A DNA stretch of 64,000 nt from Schizochytrium sp. TIO01 (taxonomy: Eukaryota > Protista > Bigyra: Labyrinthulomycetes). The stretch spans positions 2,852,001 through 2,916,000 of the forward strand of contig SMSO01000025.1 of the NCBI GenBank assembly GCA_004764695.1, in the 5' to 3' direction. Each line of letters starts with the position of its first letter. The first letter of the stretch is position 1. Below, piece after piece: positions 46,088 to 58,400 of this stretch. A model generated the notes under the pieces. That model searched no databases. It had not been told where the DNA came from and saw only the letters and a list, made by a program, of their open reading frames with translations. The position numbers and the translations under genes are program-made.

Positions 46088-48109
46088 ATGGCGGCGGTGA
46101 AAAGTAGCGATGGCTCTGACTTGGACCTGAAGACCGTGGAAGGTCTCTCCAAGGCTGCGAGCCAAGGTCAGGTGGATAGCGACTGGATTATGGGTGTCAG
46201 AGTTCTCGGCCGAGATGCAGAACAACGCAAGGAGCTTCGAAAGCATGACGATATTTGTAAAGGCGTCGCCGAGATCTTCGGTACAGATGCGACCTCAGCA
46301 GCAGCAGCCCTGGCCAATCTTGTTGTAGACGATGACGAAGATCTGCATGCCTGCTCAAGCCTTCATGAGGCAATCGCGAAGCTATTCAGTGTATGTGCCG
46401 ATATTGGGCGTGTTGAGAATTCCAAAGATGCAGAGAGCTCGGGAAGAACCAAGTCGCCTCAGTTTGAGATGGTTTGTATCATCGCCCTGCGTAACATCGC
46501 AGAACAGGTTTCTGGTGCAGTTGCGCATTCAAAGGTAGTGACAGCCGCAGCTCAAGATGTTTTGGGTAAGTGGGTTCATTCGGGCTTTGCAAAGGCGTGT
46601 GCAATGGCATGTTGTTATGCAAGCGCTGCGTCTATGCGGAGTAATGCAGTGAGCGCATTTGATACGTTCTGCGAGTCAGAGCTACTTAAGGCAAGTCTGC
46701 TTGACCTTTCACAGCCATATGTTCTTGATGTCGTAAGTAGTGCTTTGCAAATGTCAGGGTGTGAAAACTCGGATCTTCAAGGGCAGGAGGAAGCATTGAA
46801 ATTATTGCAACGCATTTGTGTGTACGCTGGAGAGATGCAACAAAAGCAAACTGGAAATGCTACTGCTGGTATGGATGTGCGGACAGTCCGCATTTTATGT
46901 GAAAGTGGCGCTGTGCAGCACACTGCGGCTCTTTTGAAGGTAGATACACTTCGTGGTGTATCTGCAGAAGCTCTATCTGAGATGGCCAAAGTTGCACTGT
47001 CCGAGACTGGCGCACCCCTTGAAGACGAAGATTTCCAGGAGCGAATTGAGCTGCTTGAGAAGAACGAAGTGACAAACATAGTGATGGAGACGCTCAGTAG
47101 CATCACTGGACCATTTGGAGAGGCTGAAATTGGCATTGCTCAACTAGTTGCAGCATTAGTTATGCAAATTAAAGCAGAAAATCCGATCTTCTCCGTTGCA
47201 CGCAATGGTCTTGTGGGTGCAGTCCGTACAGCAAGTCAGACTTTAAAGCCAATGGTAGAGCTTTTACGATCAGGTTCCCGCTCCGCAACTCCTGAACAGG
47301 ATGCTAGGATTCGTTCAGAAATTCTTCCTGTGGCACGATTTCGATTATTTTGTCTAGGAGCTTTAAATACAATGTCTAGCTCTCAAGAGAATGCCTCCGC
47401 CTTGGTCTCTGATGAATCTCATGTTTGCTTAGCATGTGTCGAGGTGATATCTGTGACATTCGATTTTGATATTGAAGCCACCCGCTTTGCGCTGAATATT
47501 CTACGCAATCTTTGCCTAGCGGAAGAGACACGTGGCCATGTCCTCGATGCGGTAGAGAGTGCCAGCGACCTTGGCTCCCATTTGGCGCGCGTAGCTCTTA
47601 AAAGCAGAGACCCCAATTCAGCTGGCTTGGCAGCCGCTATCTTGCGTTTATTAGCCTCTTCTCGAGAAAAGAATCAGCTTGAAAGGGTACTTAGCACTGA
47701 AATATGTGACCGCTTAGTTCTTGCAGAGAGAGAAAAAACTCTTGCGTTTGCATATGTGGAAATGGGCCGCATGATTGCACATGCGGTAGTAACATGTGCA
47801 GATACTTTGCAAGAAGAGGGTCTTGGACGCCACCTTGGAGTTACTTCAGCGTTAGCCAAGGTATCTTTCTTGCTCCAGTCTGAACAGCCCGTTCTGCACG
47901 TAGAAGCCCTTGAAGCCCTGTCTGTTTGCTCAACAGCCCTTCTTGAAAGCTTGCAAAAGACTGTTAGTCTACAAGTGAAACACGCTACGACACAAGTAGA
48001 GGAAAAACTCACATTTCGCGAGCGACTTGAACAGCTCTCTCAGATTGACGATGAGCAGCGTGGCAAAGAAAAGGAACTTGCCAAGACTACACTCGCCAAA
48101 CTACCTTAG
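46088..48109 (+). CDS. Armadillo/HEAT-repeat protein, possibly SmgGDS (RAP1GDS1)-like, 673 aa
   Basis: Long Ala/Leu-rich helical ORF with ARM-like motifs (AAAALANLV, IIALRNIA, ALNILRNLCL, AAAILRLLA). The specific family is uncertain. Confidence 0.7.
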   Translation: MAAVKSSDGSDLDLKTVEGLSKAASQGQVDSDWIMGVRVLGRDAEQRKELRKHDDICKGVAEIFGTDATSAAAALANLVVDDDEDLHACSSLHEAIAKLFSVCADIGRVENSKDAESSGRTKSPQFEMVCIIALRNIAEQVSGAVAHSKVVTAAAQDVLGKWVHSGFAKACAMACCYASAASMRSNAVSAFDTFCESELLKASLLDLSQPYVLDVVSSALQMSGCENSDLQGQEEALKLLQRICVYAGEMQQKQTGNATAGMDVRTVRILCESGAVQHTAALLKVDTLRGVSAEALSEMAKVALSETGAPLEDEDFQERIELLEKNEVTNIVMETLSSITGPFGEAEIGIAQLVAALVMQIKAENPIFSVARNGLVGAVRTASQTLKPMVELLRSGSRSATPEQDARIRSEILPVARFRLFCLGALNTMSSSQENASALVSDESHVCLACVEVISVTFDFDIEATRFALNILRNLCLAEETRGHVLDAVESASDLGSHLARVALKSRDPNSAGLAAAILRLLASSREKNQLERVLSTEICDRLVLAEREKTLAFAYVEMGRMIAHAVVTCADTLQEEGLGRHLGVTSALAKVSFLLQSEQPVLHVEALEALSVCSTALLESLQKTVSLQVKHATTQVEEKLTFRERLEQLSQIDDEQRGKEKELAKTTLAKLP

Positions 48110-49703
48110 AATATCATGCCCATGACAATTTTTCTATTATTAATGCTCATTCCATTTTATGTTAACCGGGAGTTCCTTTGAAGTATTCTCCTAATCAGTG
48201 AACCGATTAGAGAATTTTCTAGTATTATTTCATACGTGGTACTCTGAAACTAAAATTCGGAATTTCCTCTGTTAAATTCTGAAATCCCATCCTTCATATC
48301 TCAACTTGAAGATCAAGATACATATGTACACTATCCCCAAATCTTGTTGACTTTGATTTGCAAAAGATAGTTTTCATTTCTTTGAAGTAGGATACGCGCT
48401 ACTTAGTTTGTTTAGATTCATGAAAATCTTCAATGAGTTCTGCTAAGTGCAGCGTTTTATAGCGACAATCCGAAAATAACATGACTCGAATACATTTCTA
48501 TGTTGCCTTTTACATATTGCTGAGAGATGAGTTTGGTCAGCTAGAAGTGGGCTATGAAAATGAATAGGAGAGACTTGAGGAAGGCTGGATAACTTTGATT
48601 TTCAAAGTTGTCAAAGTTCTGTCCGTGTAAGTCAACCTTAAGGCAGATAAATTTTTGTTAAAGTTGGGGAAGCAACACAGGTTTCATCTAACTAGACACA
48701 ATTGAAGAGGTTATGTTAACTTGTCTCTTCAACCATCAATTCAGAATCCGCCATACCTTAATTCTAGTGAATGAGAATATGCACTTCAGGTTCTTATCTA
48801 TCTTGAGTTCACAACCACACATCTGGTTGTATAGATTTGCTCCTATGGAAGTTGTAGATCCTCGAGGGCTTACGAGGGAACGTCAAGAACCTGAGCAATA
48901 TCTGGTCCTCTTATAGCTTCATCAGGAATCTCCGCATAATATATCTATTCTTGTAGTTTCTGTAAGCAAGTTATGTCCAATTATAATCAGCTTGGCCTAG
49001 CACTAAACTATCTTTTCTATCTTAGTATATTTTCGAAGTCGCTCGCGTGTACCGGTTTCAGCATCGTATACTACATTACAAAGTTTCAAGTCGTCAAAGG
49101 AGCTTTTGTAAAAAGGAAAAAGGAGATTGGTGTTTTCCCCTCTCCTCAGTTTTCACTTTGATACTTAAGGTTGTAGAGTTCCACAGCATTCTAAGCATCA
49201 GCTGTCTCGACTTTCACTAGACCAGCCATGCATAATAACGATAGTGCTAAGCTTTCCCTCGCAAGAAAAGAGTATGGTTCTAACCATACAGAACAGAGTT
49301 CGTCACCAACACATCCTTTAGTTTGGGGTGTCAACATTCATACCATCATACGTCGTACTGCGAATAATTCTTCCGGGAGGAAGTTTAAAATATAAAGAGT
49401 GCTCTGCCACAGACCCGATCAATTAATTTAAGGTAAAGCAAGGAGATTGTCCAAGAAGTTGTGGAAAGAGTTTAAGACTAAAAGTGGGAGTCAAAAATAG
49501 CTCATAAGCAAGAGGACAAACGCTTTTTTATAGATTGTGAAGAAGTTGATATGAAGCTAAATGAAATGATTGAAGAAAACATTGGACACAATTTTGCATT
49601 AGGTACGCTTACGGTAAAAAGCCGAATGAACAACAGAAGAGAGCGCGACGCTAAGGTATTAAAATGGAAAGTGGGCGAAGGCTCCATGGACAGCTATTGC
49701 TGC

Positions 49704-51068
49704 TTAGAGGAGCTTGTCGTCACCCGGAATGTATGAGATGTGAAGACCACCGTGCTCAGACGAGTCGAGGCCAGCGAGCTCAAAGTCCTCAGAGACACGA
49801 AGCTTGCCAGTGAACTTGAGAACAAGCACAAGCGGGATGACGAGTGCAGAGACCCAGGCGAAGATGCTGAGGCCTCCGACGAGCTGGGTGGCAATCTGGA
49901 TGCCACTAGCACCGTAGCACTCCTCACTGTAAGCAGCAGCGACGAGGTCGGGGTCAGCAAAGCATCCGACAGCGAGGAGACCCCAGAGGCCTGCAGCGCC
50001 GTGAACGGAGATAGCATCGACGGGGTCATCAACGCCAATGATCTTCATGACCTTAGAGGAGCCCATGTACACAAGAGCACCAATCATACCCGCGATGATG
50101 GAGAATCCAGGAGTAAGGGAAGGGCATCCAGCGGTAATGGAGACAAGACCAGCAAGGCAGCAGTTAAGGACGTTCGGGAGATCGAAGTCACCCTTAGTGA
50201 AGCGTCCAACGATAAGGCCAGTGAGGGTAGCAGCAGCAGGGGCAAGGGTGGTGGTGACGGCAACGTGTCCAGCGAGGTCTCCGTCGAAGACGAGAGTGGA
50301 ACCACAGTTGAAACCGTACCAGCCGAACCAGAGAGCGAAGGTACCGAAGGTGCAGAGAGCGAGGTTGTGGGGCTGGAACTCAGCAGCATCTCCGGTCCAG
50401 CGGCCGAGGCGGGGTCCGATGAAGAGTGCGGCCCAGAAGGCGGCAACTCCACCGGTCATGTGCACAACACCGGAGCCGGCAAAGTCGAGCATGCCGCAGC
50501 CGCCCTTGGCAGAGAAGATGGGGCTAACACCATCGTTCTGAAAGGCACTGATCCAGCCACCAGTGGCCCAGATCCAATGTACAATGACGGGGTAGACAAA
50601 GATAGTGAGCCAGATAGCAATGCCAAAGTAAGCGGGCAGAGCCACGCGGCCAGCGACGGCTCCTGAGACGATGGTCGCTGCGGTGGCAGCGAACATAGCC
50701 TGGAAGAAGAAGCCGGCGTAGGAGTCAATACCATCATGGGCAAGGGCAAAGCTGCCGCTGCCAATAAACCTGGAGGAGTGGTCGTCGGCGTTGTTGCCGC
50801 CGTAAGCAAAGCCGTAGCCGAGGAGCCAAAAGCAGAAGGCACCGAAGGACATGGTGCCAATGTTCTTGTACATGATATTGACACCATTGCGGTGACGAAC
50901 AGAGCCACCCTCAAGCATTGCAAAACCAGTATGCATGAAGAACACAAGCATACCAGTGATCAAAAGCCAGCCATTGTTAGAAAGGCTTGCGTACGCATCA
51001 AAACCACTGAGGACATCACTGATATTTTCAATATCGGTCTCCAAGTCACCGGTGGACTCCAGCGACAT
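49704..51068 (-). CDS. AMT: Ammonium transporter (Amt/Mep/Rh superfamily, AMT1-type), 454 aa
   Basis: LVFFMHTGFAMLEGG, FFQAMFAATAATIVSGAVA, DFAGSGVVHMTGG, LWFGWYGFN, LAGLVSITAGC, DDPVDAISVHG; both pore His residues present. Confidence 0.97.
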   Translation of the reverse strand: MSLESTGDLETDIENISDVLSGFDAYASLSNNGWLLITGMLVFFMHTGFAMLEGGSVRHRNGVNIMYKNIGTMSFGAFCFWLLGYGFAYGGNNADDHSSRFIGSGSFALAHDGIDSYAGFFFQAMFAATAATIVSGAVAGRVALPAYFGIAIWLTIFVYPVIVHWIWATGGWISAFQNDGVSPIFSAKGGCGMLDFAGSGVVHMTGGVAAFWAALFIGPRLGRWTGDAAEFQPHNLALCTFGTFALWFGWYGFNCGSTLVFDGDLAGHVAVTTTLAPAAATLTGLIVGRFTKGDFDLPNVLNCCLAGLVSITAGCPSLTPGFSIIAGMIGALVYMGSSKVMKIIGVDDPVDAISVHGAAGLWGLLAVGCFADPDLVAAAYSEECYGASGIQIATQLVGGLSIFAWVSALVIPLVLVLKFTGKLRVSEDFELAGLDSSEHGGLHISYIPGDDKLL

Positions 51069-52359
51069 GGTTGCTTTTATGTGATAAAAACTCTTTAGGC
51101 TGAGGTCTTGCCCTTACGTTAGAAGTATCGTGAAGTTTTAAGTCTCTAAATGTACACGGCTTCGCCAAGGATGAATCCTTCGGCGACTGACCGTATGGGG
51201 TTTGCTGCGAGCTATCAAACTCTTGACGAGGAGTTCTTTCCATACCCCCCTATTTCCATTTCATTGTAATTATTTATTTAATTATGTTTTGAAATGCTAA
51301 TTATATTTCTTTAAAAATGTTGGTGTAAGTGTTTAAAAAAACTAAGAAAAAATACTTTGAAGATCACACTGCTAACAAATCTCAAGCCGTCATCTGTCCT
51401 AGACTGAAGCCACCGCTCTGTCCCCTCACCCCTCACTCAAGGACCTTCAAGATCGTGCAGAGGACAAAGAGCAGTTGGTCGCTGCTTAAAATATCTTAAA
51501 GGAAAGCAAGTCAGGAGCCATCACACCGCTTAGTTCTTACAAACTATATGTCTGTATTCTCTATACCGTCGCGTCTATGGCAAACAGCCGCCTTTTCTCT
51601 AATCGATCTTTTGCGGTCAATCTTTAATTCCAAACTTTCAACTTTGAAAAGTAGAATGAAACTTTCCTTTTACATACTTTCTTTAAAACAGAATATGTTT
51701 TCACTCACTTTTAGTTTATTTTATAATAAGAGGAGTCTTCTTTTTCTTGGTGAATTCTTTTAGTGTTAAAAATAAACATAGAAAAAAGTGCTATCCTTTT
51801 TATCTAAAAAAAAAGAAGAAGAAGAAAAAAAAGAAAGAGGTAGTCATAGCACACCTACAAAGCACTTTCTCCTTTCGATATCATTACTTCCTGCTCGCGG
51901 CACGTGCACGCGGCCTTGCGAGCGAGCAGCGCGTCGAAGGGGAGCAAGCAGTTCGGGAGCCACCCTGGGGCAGTCTGGGGTCAAAGCTGCGTACCACTGA
52001 GCGCGTCACGCTTCTACAGATGAATCCGACAGGGGACCTATGGCTTGCAGGCTCTAGAGGACGTGCCGAATGCCCCTGGAAGCCCAAGTCTCCGAGCAGC
52101 GCCCGTATCCAGCTTTGCCATTAGAATGGTTGAAACCTGCGCCAACTCCAACTCGAAGAAGATCGTGATCCACGCGAAAGCCTCTCGCAGAAGATACAGG
52201 CCCAAGCCAGCTCCGGGCTGGTGGATAGTCAAGCGCACTCATCTCTGTCGAAAGCCTTCTGCCCGAAATGTGAGCGTTGGAGAGACACTGCCACGAGAGA
52301 CCGGCTTATTGGGAAGGCAGGTTTCCTTATGTCTTCGTGGCACGATAAGTGCATCTCAT

Positions 52360-52384
52360 GAGTGAATGAATGAATGAATGAATG

Positions 52385-52440
<56 letters not shown>
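52360..52440. repeat. Compound (GAAT)n(CAAT)n microsatellite
   Basis: A GAAT run switches to a CAAT run. Confidence 0.92.
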
Positions 52441-52441
<1 letters not shown>

Positions 52442-55400
52442 CTCGCTAAATTGTTCATACCTATCAGCTAAGTTCCCTCCTCTTTGGAGACCAAAGCATA
52501 CTTAGGACCGCATAATACAGATTACATGGATTGCAAAACTAGATAGTGAGGTGTAGTAGCTATTAGTGCGAATTAAAGGTCTGCGTCAGTGGAGCTGCAC
52601 AAGTTTAGATCATCATGGCGAACCGTAGGAGAAACTGCGATGCGATGATAGATCGCGATGGCTTGCTTGTCCAAGGCCATCCTATTTGTGCAACTTCTGT
52701 GCTTGCTCGATAGTGATATTACCTCAAAACAGCCTCGTGTCGGCAACGAATGGCGCCTCGAGTCCAAGCTGTTGAAAATGGATGCACTACTCGGCTATGA
52801 TAACTTGAACTTGAACTTGAAACTTGAGGAAGATAGTACCAAGAAAATAGCACAATTAATGGGAAAGCTTGATGTATGTCTGGTTATCGGGGCGAGTAAT
52901 CCAAGTTCTGCGTGAAGGAGGTCGTCGCGATAGCGAGGCAGAGATAGCGGAGGTAATATCGCACAGCGAGCTAAGCAGGGAGCTGATTAGCAGTGGATGC
53001 AGTCAGCGGCGAAGAAAACAAAGGCTTCAGCGCGAAGGATGTGCTTTGTGGTCTAGATTAGGGGAAGGACAGGACAAAATAAAGGGGGTTCAGAGCGGTA
53101 ACCTTAATTAGGAGCTGCTAAGGGAATCCTTCTGTCATCGAAAGATCATCGAAATCTTTCAGAAGATGATCATGAACTACCAACATTGAACAGAAAGTGT
53201 CACTTTGGCTTTTGTTTCGTGTTGATTGGTTTCTCATTTGAGTAGAGCGAAATAAACAGCGAAGGCATTGGAAATGGGGAAGTATTACACCATCGTCGTA
53301 GTGTGAGGAGAAAGTGGAGCCGCATAAGCCACACCGTCCGGAAGGCCTAGGCGAGCTTAGATGTTTACGTGTCGTCTTGAGACCTAGTTCCTTATGCTTC
53401 CATTCTCTGAGGTCGTCCAATCCTTCAATTCATTGATTATCAATTCGTAGAAGCGAAGGCCACTGTATCAGTGCCATACATTCGATCATAAAACAAAGAA
53501 AGAAACGAATTCTCAACTTTTTTCTTTTCTTCTTTTCCCGAAACAATTTGTTTAAACTGAAAGATTGTAAAGATGAAAAATATTTAGAAACTCTAAAAAC
53601 ATTTAAAAACTTAGAATAAATGTTTAACAAGAAAAAAAATGAAACTTTGAAAGAAAAAGAGAAGTATAATATTTCTAGATGAAAATAAATCTAACTGCAA
53701 TGCACTTTACACATCTTCTTCTCCTCCTCCTCCTCCTCCTCCTCCTTCATAATGATGAACTGCGCAATGTAATGCAAGAGCCATATTTTCAAGCAAGACA
53801 GTCATGGCTCTGATCTGTGGAGCGACACGACCAGCCAAAATGACGCAAAGCTGATGGCTATCGTGAGCCGGTAGAGCTCTAGAGTGTCTGCAGCCCAAGA
53901 CCTCTCTCAGCCATGTCAATCGACGTCAGATTTCCTTGTTCACACAGTCAATGAGTCCAACTAAGAGAAACCCTCGATAGCATGATCCTAAGATCAATCA
54001 ACCGAGATCTCTTGAAAACTTGAACAGAAAGAACCCGAAGGGCTAACTGCTCTCCATCTACTTTGGGAACTAGGATCTTGGGGAGACTGGCCGTTTAGCA
54101 TACACCACCCTCAGGGCGCAGCAAACACAATGGACAGAGCAGAGACCCAGGAACTGTCTCCGAGCAGAAAAGTTGAGTCAGAAAGCCAAAGACTTGAAAG
54201 AAAGACTTCTTGCAAGGGTGTGCACCCCTAGAGGGCGACTATGTGGCGGTACTGCCTACCTCGGGCAAGCATGAGTAAAGGCAGCGATAGCGAGTAAGGT
54301 GGGAAAGCAGAGGGCTAGTAGTGCTAGCTAGTAGGGCGTCGCCCGTGCAGATAAGTAGTCCATCAGGACTCTTTTAAAAACTTGCAGGTGCCACGCCTGC
54401 ACGTGCTCGAGATCTTCGGTTGGGATTTCAAGATCGATCAGGTGAGCAGATTCTTGAAGATCATCGCCTCTTGCAGGATCTCTGCATCGGGGTGCTTGCT
54501 ATGATTCGAGTTGGGCTGGAGATGACAAAAGAAATGGCTGTTGATTATTCATTTGGTGCAATTGTAGGTACTACTTTAAGTTGATCTGATAGCAAATTAC
54601 CAGGATCTTAGGATTGGCTGAGGCACTTCATGAGCGCAAATTGAAAGCGCTGCGTATGGCAAGATAGAGGCTCATAGGAACGAAATTGACGAATTATCTC
54701 GAAGTTCAAAGTTCATTAGGGTTAAGAGATACAGGAGATACCATTTTAAATGATGATGGTTGTAAACCTGAAGAGTAAGTCAAAACGGTAAGTGCAGAAC
54801 GAATCTTTGAATTTTACACTATGTTAGAAAATAACTTAAAATCCTTCATCATAAATGAATGCAAACCTTGGCAAGTGCATCAGTCTTGGATCATAGCTGG
54901 CGATCCGCATTCTTTGACACTTCAAACTTTGTCCACCAGAGTTTCAAAAAAACCTGTATTAGTAGTTACCTTGATGCTCTTTTGAAGCTCGATCTTTAGC
55001 CGTAGAGGCCTTTGACAATAGGTAGGGTGTGTAAATTGCTCACTTTCTGCTATGCTGTTGCTAGTTCTTCATGCTCTCAGAAGTTCTGCATTTATTGTAT
55101 TCTACTTGAGGCGTAATTCGTAATTCGAAAGGGAAAGGTTAGCTAGGGCGGACTCGCAGAGCCGGTAGAGACATCGCCGTCGCCATCGCCGAATGAATCA
55201 TTCTTACGTAAGGCCGTCTACTCTTTGTTGAGGCCATCAGGTTCTCCTGCCCATCTCCATCTCCGTGCAAAGTCTTTGAGCTCGACTATCACGTCACGTT
55301 TATAAAGAAAGTGTATTTCTCCTATCCTGTTTTGAAGATCAAGCATTACTAGTCAAGACTCACACATTATAATTTCAATTTAATTTTTTAAAACTAATTT

Positions 55401-58400
55401 TTTCAACCTCTTATTTTAAAAGTTTAAAGTAATAATTTTCGTAGGTAAATTCCATTGGGAGTGAATGCCTTGACTAAAGAAGTGCAACTGGCGTGCGAAA
55501 GAACGTGAAGAAGAGAGAGTTCGAAGAAGAGAATCGGTTGAAGCCATTTGGGTCCGGCTACTGCTTTGTCAGTCAGCCACAGACTAAGGACAAGCGGTGA
55601 CATGGCGAGAAACGACGACATCATGAGAGCACTGGCTGGCTGCAAAGCTTCTTCCTTGAGGAAGGAGCCCTCCGTCGCAAAAAGATTGCATGCATAAACC
55701 GTCCTTCATTCCTGAAGCAAACAAGCGTGGAGATGTATAGTACCTATCACCTTCTGGTGACAGTAAGTTTGATCTGCAAATCGGGGTAAATCAGAGATCA
55801 TAAAAGATCATAATGATAATCCGAAATTTAATGTCGCAGGCAAAATCACTAACAAGGAGACTCGAAGGTAGGGTTGAGAGAATCACCGTGTTCTCTCAAG
55901 TTGAGGTTTCATCCATTGAGGGCCTTCAGGGCCATATGACGCGGTCCCAGGGCGAGCCACCTGTAGAAAGGCTGTGGAAGCAGCTTTATGGTAGCATTGA
56001 GTGCAGCATAGCCAGCTTTGACGTTTAGGCTCGGGCTCACGAACAGCTCGAGCGGTACTGCGCAAAATAGAGCCTTTTTGATCTTAGTGGGCTGTGTAGG
56101 AGTATCTATTGCTCTTTTAGCTAAAACCCAAAACGCACACCCCAAACAGACTGGAAAAAAATACTACGACGACTTGGAGGATCATCATCGTGGTCAGGCT
56201 GCACGGCACTCAGGCACGCACGAGAAGCTCCTTGCGGCATTGGTAGGTATGGCCTTCGCGTGGCGTGAGAACTGCTCGGACCAAACCGAAGTGCACTCGG
56301 ACGTGAGATTAAACTTGAGCAATCTGAGTGACGGACTCAGGAGCGGTAATCTTGCCGGAGCTGGTTTTATAGCAGCACCGCACGTTTTTATCCAATTTTT
56401 CAAGCTAATTAACTCTGGTCGATCATTTATGGCCAGTTTGAGCTGCTTGAGCTTTCTACTATCGACATCTTACATTGAAAACTAGAGCTCAAAAGGGAGT
56501 CGATAAGCGATCCGCTGTGCAGCACGTGCAGATGTAGCGACATGCACAGACTTAAGGAACGCTTATTTTTATTCTATTTGTTTGAGGCTATTCTTAATAG
56601 TTATTGCGGCTATCAAAATGCAGAGTTTGTAAAATTTCAATTCGAATGTTTATTTCTTCATTTTATTTAAATGTTAATTTAAAGTAAAGAAAACCTTTTA
56701 TTTTTATTAAAAAAAATAAAATTTATAAAAGACCGTCTGGCTGACTGATTGGCTGAGATATGCCATAGTAGTAGTATACAACAGAACATAAATACGGTTC
56801 CGCCACCACCGCGTGCTGCTTGCTCTGAAATGTCTCGTTTTAGTCAAAGGCATGGTGTGAAGGCAATCTGAGACTGAGTAGTGCTGATATGCCAAAATTA
56901 ACGTTTCACAGTTCACAACTTTGGACATTTTGCATTTGAAAATAAAACCTTGTGCAAATGTGGTTGGCCAGCAGTGTTGCAGCATGACGATCCTGATTTT
57001 CTTGCGATCTTCAGCGCAGGGAGAGGAGTACAAGGTAAGGAAGAGGGGGTTGGAGGGGGGGGGGGGGGGGGTTAAAGGGTTGTGCAACTTTTCTGTCGTT
57101 TAAAGTCGAATTATTGTGCATGATTTCTTCTTGTATTGAAGCTCGAAATGAGGCATGCGGTTGTGCAGCTCAGAATTTCAGATATATAACGCTACACAGA
57201 TGTCGATTATGGCAGTGTTTGATGCAATTTAGTTTTGAACTAACTTAATTTCATAGTAATCAACTGAAATTACAGGTATGCAAAGAAATTAGGCCCTAGA
57301 TTTATATTGCAGATTGATGACAATGCTGGACGATTCTGTGTTGAAGAACTGGTCTAAATCCAATGTAAAAATATTGAAGAAATTTAAACAACTTATAATA
57401 GCACAACAATTGGCTAGCTGAGCACACCTGGAATTGTTTTTATTCAAAATTCCTTGGCTATTCGGTGAGTGTTTTGTCAAGGTGTTTTTTGATCTCTTCA
57501 ATTCAGGGGGCTCCAGCAAATCATCGCTTTGCCTGAAACTTTCCAAGTCTCTAGGAGGGGATGCACAACAGATAATTCTCATTCCCCTATACGATTACAT
57601 TCGCAGCATTTATTGAAACAGACCTGGGCAACAAATTATCCTGAATTTGGCAAATTGTCCTCAAGATGTTTATTTACTAAGTCGTGTTCTTATTTTTAAA
57701 AAATGTACACACTTATGAGGGAGAGCCAATTATCGCCTTGATATAGGGAAATATGCCGTGCGCATGTGATTGTATGCTGATCTTTTGCAAGCGCTCCAGG
57801 TTGCTAGCTGCACTGTAAATTGCCATGTGTGAATTTTCTTTGTCCGCACTTTGGGTACAACATTTTTCGTTGTTGTTTAAAAAGCTTTTACCACTTTAAA
57901 AAAAGAAAAGAAGAAAAAGTTAGAAAAAGATTTTACAAAATCAACATTTCACTGTAAGGAGAACTCCGAGTCTGAAAACGCTTTGGAAGACAACCGTATT
58001 GTAAAAGACTCCACCCACGATACCATGAACTGCCAAACAGGGGGCTTCCAACACCCATTCGGAAGCGAGCAAAGGAAGAGGGACCATCTTGCAGCACTCA
58101 GAGTCATAGAAGCAGACTGCAAAGCATCATCATTTGATAGCAGTTTTTAAGAAAGCATAGGATTGCTGCCGGAGTCACCTGGATGAAGCGCCTCTATTCC
58201 AGCGTCAAGGCGTCTCGCTACAGCAGAAGTACGGTTGTCAGAAAACCCAAAGTCGCAGAGCTAACCTTCGCCAGGCCGCACGCAAGTTTAGCTGCAGTGG
58301 CCACACAGACTGACAGCCAGACAGCCCAATTTCATTGCACAACTGCTATATTCTATTAAAAGCGATTTGCTCTTTCTTGAGCTATTCTGAGACGGAAGTA

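Noticed and set aside
48505-48513. U5 snRNA loop-1 word GCCTTTTAC
   Set aside because: No convincing flanking stem or suitably placed Sm site; likely chance.
49740-50666. 308-aa ORF antisense to AMT
   Set aside because: Same codon-bias artefact in a strongly biased gene.
53118-53420. 100-aa ORF with CGLC...CLRC
   Set aside because: Non-ATG start and no other support; a chance Cys pair is plausible.
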